Assembly: GCA_903856085.1 (NCBI GenBank)
Contig: CAIOAT010000012.1
Location: 39,020 to 103,019, forward strand
Length of the DNA: 64,000 nt
Direction of reading: 5' to 3'
From: Candidatus Omnitrophota bacterium
GTDB taxonomy: Bacteria; Omnitrophota; Omnitrophia; Omnitrophales; Aquincolibacteriaceae
Part shown: in pieces, positions 58,336-64,000 of the stretch
Layout: each line of letters opens with the position of its first letter
Position numbering within the stretch: the first letter of the stretch is position 1
The notes under the pieces: generated by a model
The model's database searches: none
Told to the model about the DNA's origin: nothing
Seen by the model: only the letters and a program-made list of their open reading frames with translations
Position numbers and translations under genes: made by a program

Positions 58336-58902
58336 ATGGTCATTGCATCAGATATCCGGGTTGGGAATGTGATTCGCGTGGACGGGAAGCTTTGCAAGGT
58401 TCTGACGCAGGAGATACGCGGGACGGGGAAATTCGGCAAGAGCGCGATGCTCAAGCTCAAGAGCCTTGAGGAAGGGAATGTGATCGAAAAGAAAATGTCG
58501 GCAGATGCGAATGCAGAGGAAGTGGACGTCCATGTCGTGAAGATGCAGTATCTTTACCGGGAAGGCGACCACTTCATGTTTATGAATATGGAGACCTTTG
58601 ATCAGTTCCCCCTGTCAGCGAAAGCGGTTGGCAAACATGAGGTATTCCTCAGGGAGAATGAAGTGATCGAGGTGCTTTTCGGCGAAGGAAAGGTTCTGAG
58701 CATCGCGTTCCCGAAGATTGTCGAGCTTAAGGTGGTCAGCACGCCGAAGGGGCTGGGAGCAGATGCGAATTTCAAGGAAGCTGAACTGGAGAACGGGCTC
58801 ATGGTTCTGGTGCCGCAATTCGTCAGCGAGGGCGAAACAATCCGTCTTAATACAGACGATCTGAGTTATCTGGACCGGATTTCCGTTCGCAGCATGTCCT
58901 GA
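58336..58902 (+). CDS. efp: Elongation factor P-like protein with non-canonical loop
   Basis: ASDIRVG, MQYLY, FMNMETFDQ, KEAELENG..VPQFV..GE; loop GTGKFG instead of KPGKG. Confidence 0.85.
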   Translation: MVIASDIRVGNVIRVDGKLCKVLTQEIRGTGKFGKSAMLKLKSLEEGNVIEKKMSADANAEEVDVHVVKMQYLYREGDHFMFMNMETFDQFPLSAKAVGKHEVFLRENEVIEVLFGEGKVLSIAFPKIVELKVVSTPKGLGADANFKEAELENGLMVLVPQFVSEGETIRLNTDDLSYLDRISVRSMS

Positions 58903-58942
58903 GATTCGTACGGAGTGCCGTGTGCGGCGAGGGACTGAGGAA

Positions 58943-59506
58943 ATGAAAAAGATCTTCGGTTTATTTTTAACGGGAGTCCTCTTGACAGCCTTGCCGATTT
59001 TCGGACAAGCGGAAGAGGCTAGGAGAAAGATCGATGTCTGGAGTTCCGCATTCGGAGAAGGGGCCAGGATCCCCTCGGATTTTACTTGCGACGGAGCCGA
59101 CATGTCGCCGCCGATCGAATGGTCCGGCGTTCCTGCCAACGCAGAAAGTCTTGCCGTCATCATGGATGATCCCGATGCTCCGGCCGGAAACTGGAAGCAT
59201 TGGCTGGTCTATAATCTTTCCCCGGATTTGACACTATTGCCGGCCGGAATTCCCGCCGGAGAGAAACTTCCCAGTGGAGGGTTCCAGGGTCGCACTGATT
59301 TTGGGAAGGCGAGTTACCAGGGGCCGTGTCCGCCGAATGGCGAACATCGTTATTTCTTCAAGATCTATGCTCTTGACACAATGCTCCGCTTGAAGCCCGG
59401 CGCGTCCAAACAAGAATTGTCCCGGGTCATGCAGGGGCACATTCTGGCGGAAGGTGTTTTAATGGGCAAATACGATCGCTCGTGGAAAATTCTGGAGACT
59501 GAATGA
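58943..59506 (+). CDS. YbhB/YbcL (PEBP/RKIP) family protein, exported
   Basis: TCDGADMSPP, DPDAP, WKHW, GPCPP, HRYFF. Confidence 0.92.
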   Translation: MKKIFGLFLTGVLLTALPIFGQAEEARRKIDVWSSAFGEGARIPSDFTCDGADMSPPIEWSGVPANAESLAVIMDDPDAPAGNWKHWLVYNLSPDLTLLPAGIPAGEKLPSGGFQGRTDFGKASYQGPCPPNGEHRYFFKIYALDTMLRLKPGASKQELSRVMQGHILAEGVLMGKYDRSWKILETE

Positions 59507-59907
59507 ATACGGAGCACGTTGTGCATCACCGGAAAAAAAGGATTTTGGCCGTCGACGATGACGGGTTGGTGCGAAGGTCGCTTGAAATTCTCCTCAGGGA
59601 TGCGGGCTTCGAACCGACCGTTGCAAGTGGCGGGCAGGAAGCTTTGGGGTTTCTCACCCAAAGGCATTTCGATCTTTTGATCACGGATATCCGCATGCCG
59701 GGAATGGACGGGCTTCAGGTCATTCGAGCGGTTCGGGATTATTGCCAGGAAATGAAAAAAGATCCGATCCCCGAGATCGTGCTGACAGCTTACAACGATG
59801 AAGCGGTCAGGCAATCGGCTGTCCGGCTGGGGGTGAAGGAATTTCTCTTAAAGCCGTTCAAGATCGATGAGTTTTTGAAGGTCCTGGCGCATAATTTAAG
59901 CCAGTAA
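59503..59907 (+). CDS. Single-domain response regulator (CheY-like)
   Basis: VDDD, TDIRMPGMDG, LTA, KPF. Confidence 0.92.
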   Translation: MNTEHVVHHRKKRILAVDDDGLVRRSLEILLRDAGFEPTVASGGQEALGFLTQRHFDLLITDIRMPGMDGLQVIRAVRDYCQEMKKDPIPEIVLTAYNDEAVRQSAVRLGVKEFLLKPFKIDEFLKVLAHNLSQ

Positions 59908-59957
59908 CCCTTGCAATGGGCGTTTGCATTTTTTTTTAGATAGGGTATCATGCACCC

Positions 59958-60329
59958 ATGAAATCGAATGATTTGGATTTTGAGATCTCATTCCTCGAAG
60001 GCGTTTTGAAGCACCGCCCCAACTATATTGACGCCTTGGCCCCGCTCGCGGAGGCCTATACGCGCCAGGGTCTCTTTGAAAAAGGCCTTGAGATTGACAA
60101 ACGACTCGCTTTTCTCTGCCAGGACGATCCGGTCGTTCATTATAACCTCGCCTGCAGCTATGTCCTTTCCGGGTATACCGCAAAGGCCCTGACAGCGCTT
60201 CGGCAAGCGGTCCGTTTGGGATTTACGGACCTGGGGCATCTGCAAAAAGATCCGGACTTGAAGCCCCTGCGCGAGTATCCTCCGTTCCAGAAATGGCTTT
60301 TGACCCTTTCTCAAACAACGAAATCCTGA
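59958..60329 (+). CDS. Short TPR protein
   Basis: VHYNLACSY, AVRLGF, DPDL. Confidence 0.82.
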   Translation: MKSNDLDFEISFLEGVLKHRPNYIDALAPLAEAYTRQGLFEKGLEIDKRLAFLCQDDPVVHYNLACSYVLSGYTAKALTALRQAVRLGFTDLGHLQKDPDLKPLREYPPFQKWLLTLSQTTKS

Positions 60330-60350
60330 GAAGATCTTTCCAAAAATCTC

Positions 60351-61463
60351 ATGTCTCTTTCCCCAAAATTGAAGAATAAGAAGCAGGAGCATATCGCGGC
60401 TCATCACGGCCGGAAATTGCTCCGGTTCCTTGAAAAGAAAAAAGATTCTATTTCGCCTCTTCTGATCGTGACGCATGATTATCCCGATCCGGACGCCATT
60501 GCGACGGCCATGGGGCTTCAATATCTCGCGGAGCGTCTCCATGGGATCAAGTCCAGGATCGTGTACAAGGGGATCATCGGGCGCGTGGAGAACCGGGCTA
60601 TGGTGGATCTTCTCAAAGTCCCGATCCACAAGTTCCGTCCTTCGGACATCAAAAGTTATGAAAATGCCGCGCTGATCGATACTCAGCCTGAATTTGAGAA
60701 TAATCCCTATCCGCGGAACAAAAAAGTTACGCTGGTGATCGATCAGCATCCGTACGTGAAACGCCCCCTCGCGGAGCTTGCTATTATCGATCCGGATTGT
60801 GGTGCCACGAGCGTGATCCTTTCGCAGGCGCTGCTTCTGAGCGGTCTTGAGATCCCGAGACGGATCGCGACCGCACTCGCCTATGGCATTCTCTCAGACA
60901 CGCTGAATCTCTATCGGGCGCATCGGGCTGATATTATCCAGACCTATCTTGATATTCTGCCACTTTGCGACATGCGAGCCCTAATCCGTATCCAGAATCC
61001 TCCGAAGTCCAAGAAATTTTTCAGCACGCTAAACCGCGGACTTCAGGGCGCGCGAGCGTTCCGGGGCGTGATCGTGTCACATCTCGGGGAAGTAGAACAT
61101 CCGGATCTTGTCTCAGAGATCGCGGATTTCCTTTTGGCGTATAAAGGTATGGAGCGATCGCTTTGTACGGGCCGTTATAAAGACAAATTGCACGTGTCCC
61201 TCCGGAGCAACCGGCTGACAGACGAAACCCCGGAAATCCTTCGTGATATCTTTGATGACCGCAAGGAAGCCGGCGGTCATGACATGGTCGCCGGCGGTAG
61301 TTTTCATGTGCGTGGCAAGGATAAAGACGAAACCCGCTGGCATGACGCCGAGTTCACGCTTGTCGTTCGACTCCTAAAGCGTTTGCGCCTTCCCACGAAA
61401 GCCGATTTTTATAAACCTTTTCAACATGAAAAACCAGAATTGGCTTCTAAAAAAGAACTCTAG
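60351..61463 (+). CDS. DHH-family phosphoesterase
   Basis: HDYPDPDA, IDQH (DHH variant), GILSDT, SLRS, GGH. Confidence 0.85.
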   Translation: MSLSPKLKNKKQEHIAAHHGRKLLRFLEKKKDSISPLLIVTHDYPDPDAIATAMGLQYLAERLHGIKSRIVYKGIIGRVENRAMVDLLKVPIHKFRPSDIKSYENAALIDTQPEFENNPYPRNKKVTLVIDQHPYVKRPLAELAIIDPDCGATSVILSQALLLSGLEIPRRIATALAYGILSDTLNLYRAHRADIIQTYLDILPLCDMRALIRIQNPPKSKKFFSTLNRGLQGARAFRGVIVSHLGEVEHPDLVSEIADFLLAYKGMERSLCTGRYKDKLHVSLRSNRLTDETPEILRDIFDDRKEAGGHDMVAGGSFHVRGKDKDETRWHDAEFTLVVRLLKRLRLPTKADFYKPFQHEKPELASKKEL

Positions 61464-61493
61464 GGATTGGACCGAAAAGCCGTTTCTTCTGAT

Positions 61494-63206
61494 ATGAATC
61501 AAACCGTCATGAAAGCGTTTTACACCTCTCTTTTGCTTATTGCGGGTTTGCTGTTCGCAAGCGGGGAGCTTTTTGCGGCAAACCAAGACAATACTCATTT
61601 TGGAGCCTCCGCAGCCGTTCAGGAATCCAAAATCCGCGATCAAGCCGAAGATCAATTATACCAGCCCAATGTTGCCAAACCTGTTGCTTTCGAGGAAGAA
61701 CAAACCCAGGAAGCTCCGGCGACCGGTCCTTCCTTTTTCATAAAGAAAATCATCCTTGAAGGCGATGTGATGCTTGAGACGCCGGAATACGAGCCCCTTC
61801 TTCAAAAATTCGAGGGACGAGAGGTCCGTTTTGAAGAACTCCAGAAGCTGATCAGTATGCTCGAACAATTGTTCCGTGCGAAAGGCTACATCGCAGTCGT
61901 TCTGCTCCCGCCCCAGAAAATGGAAAATCAGGAAATCCATCTTCGGGCTGTGACCTCGCGCATGGGGGATCTTTCGATCGAGAAGAATCGTTATTATGCC
62001 CAATGGCGTACGCGATCCTACTGGCAAATCCGCAGGGGCGATGTTCTCCGCTATGATAAAATCCGTGACAATGTCATGGATATGAACGAAAACCCTGACC
62101 GCGTCGTGAAGCCGATCCTGAAGGCCGGTGCGGAAAAAGGGACGACGGATGTGGTGCTGGATGTCGAAGATCATTTTCCGCTTCATGCGGGTTATTCTTT
62201 CGATAACCAGGGTGTCAAGTTGACGGGGAAGGATCGTCAAGGGTTTACGCTCCGCAATAATAATTTTCTTGGCTTGGATGATACGTTCCTGATCGGGACG
62301 ACCTTCGGCAAGGCTTTCGGGGCTCTCTATCTTTATCATGTGATCCCGATCTCGAATTTCGGAACGAAATTCATCTGGTCGATCAGTCATGCACAAGTCA
62401 ATCCCAAAAAAGAATTTTCAATCGCCGGGATCAACGGAACTTCCGAGACTTACAGTCTGGCCCTGCAGCAGCGCGTGATCCGGACAGATAAATATTCTGG
62501 GAATGTTCAGCTCGGGTTTGATTTCAAGGAAAAACACACATCCGCATATAGCGTGACCACAGCCTGGGATAAGGAGCGCGTTATTTCGCTTACGGGGAAC
62601 CTTCAGTCCCGTGATCGTTGGGGGGGCTGGGGATTGGGGCAGGGTGTTTATTTTGGGCTCCCGACCTTCGGTGATGGGTGGGCTCTTGCAAGCGGTAACG
62701 GAGTGCAGTCCTTTTTCAAATACACTTATTCTCTGACGCGAGTGACACAATTGCCATGGCGTACGAAGTCGACTTGGAACCTTCAGGGTCAGCTCTCGCC
62801 GGATCCACTCCTGCCGCAGGAGCAGATGTTCCTGGGTGGCGCCAATTCCGTCCGTGGTTATCCGGAGAGCGATTATGGTGCGGACCAGGCGATCCAGTCC
62901 CAGTTGGACTATCTTTTACCGCCTTATGGAATGCCGGATCAGTGGAGGCTTCCCTTCGATACAGCTCCGCTGAAAGATCAGGTGAACCTTATTGCTTTCT
63001 TCGATACGGCTTATGGCCGGGCGCATGATCCTTCCGCGGATTCTGAATACCGGTCTGATTTTCTGATGGGGGCCGGCGGGGGTTTCGAGCTTCGCTACCG
63101 GAAGAACATTACGACGCGCGTGCAGTGGGGTGTTCCGTTGGGAGATAAGCCGATCACCGAGGCGGGACGTTCCCAGCTTCATTTCACATTCAACGTCAAT
63201 TACTAG
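61494..63206 (+). CDS. ShlB/FhaC/HecB (TpsB, Omp85) family outer-membrane protein
   Basis: POTRA (KGYI..LLPPQ), DNQG...TG, LGGANSVRGY, C-terminal FNVNY. Confidence 0.88.
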   Translation: MNQTVMKAFYTSLLLIAGLLFASGELFAANQDNTHFGASAAVQESKIRDQAEDQLYQPNVAKPVAFEEEQTQEAPATGPSFFIKKIILEGDVMLETPEYEPLLQKFEGREVRFEELQKLISMLEQLFRAKGYIAVVLLPPQKMENQEIHLRAVTSRMGDLSIEKNRYYAQWRTRSYWQIRRGDVLRYDKIRDNVMDMNENPDRVVKPILKAGAEKGTTDVVLDVEDHFPLHAGYSFDNQGVKLTGKDRQGFTLRNNNFLGLDDTFLIGTTFGKAFGALYLYHVIPISNFGTKFIWSISHAQVNPKKEFSIAGINGTSETYSLALQQRVIRTDKYSGNVQLGFDFKEKHTSAYSVTTAWDKERVISLTGNLQSRDRWGGWGLGQGVYFGLPTFGDGWALASGNGVQSFFKYTYSLTRVTQLPWRTKSTWNLQGQLSPDPLLPQEQMFLGGANSVRGYPESDYGADQAIQSQLDYLLPPYGMPDQWRLPFDTAPLKDQVNLIAFFDTAYGRAHDPSADSEYRSDFLMGAGGGFELRYRKNITTRVQWGVPLGDKPITEAGRSQLHFTFNVNY

Positions 63207-63347
63207 TACCGTCTTTCATTTGTTTTTAGCAGTGCTAAAACCTTGCTCCGCCGAGGTTTTCCGCTTTAATTGATTACCAAGAATTTCCTCGAAAGGCTAT
63301 AATACGACCGTTGTTTTTTGCTACCCCATCATCTAGGAGAATCGATC

Positions 63348-63944
63348 ATGAAAAAGGCATTGTTCATCACTCTCGGGCTTATTGTCATCATAGTACTTTT
63401 GGGAGCGCTTGTGTTTGGCGGCGTTTATAACAATCTTGTGACCAAAGAAGAAGGCGTGACAAGCGCTTGGTCGCAGGTGGAGAATGTTTATCAGCGACGT
63501 TCGGACCTCGTGCCGAATCTGGTCGCGACGGTGAAAGGCTATGCTACCCATGAAAAAGAGACACTTCAGAACGTGATCGAAGCGCGTTCCAAGATCTCTA
63601 AAATGAACATTACTCCGGAACTGCTTAACAGTCCTGACGCTCTCGCAAAATTCCAGGAAGCGCAAACCCAACTCACCTCTGCCCTCAGCCGTCTGATGGT
63701 TGTGGTGGAGCGATACCCGGAACTCAAGGCCAGTGAAAACTTTCTTATGCTTCAGACCCAGCTGGAAGGGACCGAGAACCGCATCACGGTCGAGCGTCAG
63801 CGTTTCAATGAAGCCGCCCAGGATTTCAACACCTTTCGCCGTCGTTTCCCGAATGTGGTGGTAGCCGGGGCCATGGGCTTTAAGAATAAAGCCTATTTCG
63901 AGGCGGCTCAGGATGCCAAGACCGTTCCGCAGGTCAAGTTCTAG
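63348..63944 (+). CDS. lemA: LemA family protein
   Basis: YNNLV, YQRRSDLVPNLV, YPELKA, ENRI..R..FN, RRFP. Confidence 0.93.
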   Translation: MKKALFITLGLIVIIVLLGALVFGGVYNNLVTKEEGVTSAWSQVENVYQRRSDLVPNLVATVKGYATHEKETLQNVIEARSKISKMNITPELLNSPDALAKFQEAQTQLTSALSRLMVVVERYPELKASENFLMLQTQLEGTENRITVERQRFNEAAQDFNTFRRRFPNVVVAGAMGFKNKAYFEAAQDAKTVPQVKF

Positions 63945-64000
63945 GCAGTGCTAAGGAAAAAGGGACAGTTTCAATTCCCATCCATGAAAAAAAATCTAAA

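Noticed and set aside
63223-63240. CIRCE element (TTTTAGCAGTGCTAAAA)
   Set aside because: Lacks the CTC-N9-GAG core and spacing of CIRCE; no heat-shock gene follows

Overview
A 64 kb, gene-dense (about 70 CDS, mostly + strand), roughly 50% GC bacterial chromosome segment. The lptF, hldD and TpsB genes indicate a diderm. The gene mix resembles the PVC group, possibly Ca. Omnitrophota, but that is inference only. It contains ETF-QO plus a fused EtfB-EtfA, housekeeping genes (thiD, thrH, hldD, folB, rlmD-like, trmB, queF, tpx, dsbD, lptF, tilS, ftsH, folP, yebC-ruvC-ruvA-ruvB, cdaA-cdaR-pdxJ-nnrD, efp, lemA) and one tRNA(CAT). A ~12 kb sulfur-metabolism region (17.1-29.0 kb) has two Rrf2 regulators, metY, yezD, a DUF3034-like beta-barrel, cysK, metX, metW and a metB-like lyase. 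The best candidate for an undescribed system is a coupled operon at 25179-29017: Rrf2, a permease-less ABC ATPase, a Cys-rich UreG/HypB-like GTPase, a cysteine desulfurase and a Cys-rich FeS-domain protein, with no IscU/NifU/SufB scaffold. The intergenic DNA also carries several dispersed, mutually similar hairpin or repeat families that I cannot match to a known riboswitch: family A (3 copies), family B (4 copies), a 78-bp family D (2 copies) and heptamer-periodic CACG/CGTG hairpins (4 copies). A twin-hairpin element after yezD can also sequester the next RBS. I saw no CRISPR array, transposase, integrase or rRNA. All calls come from motif recognition by eye; no database searches were run.
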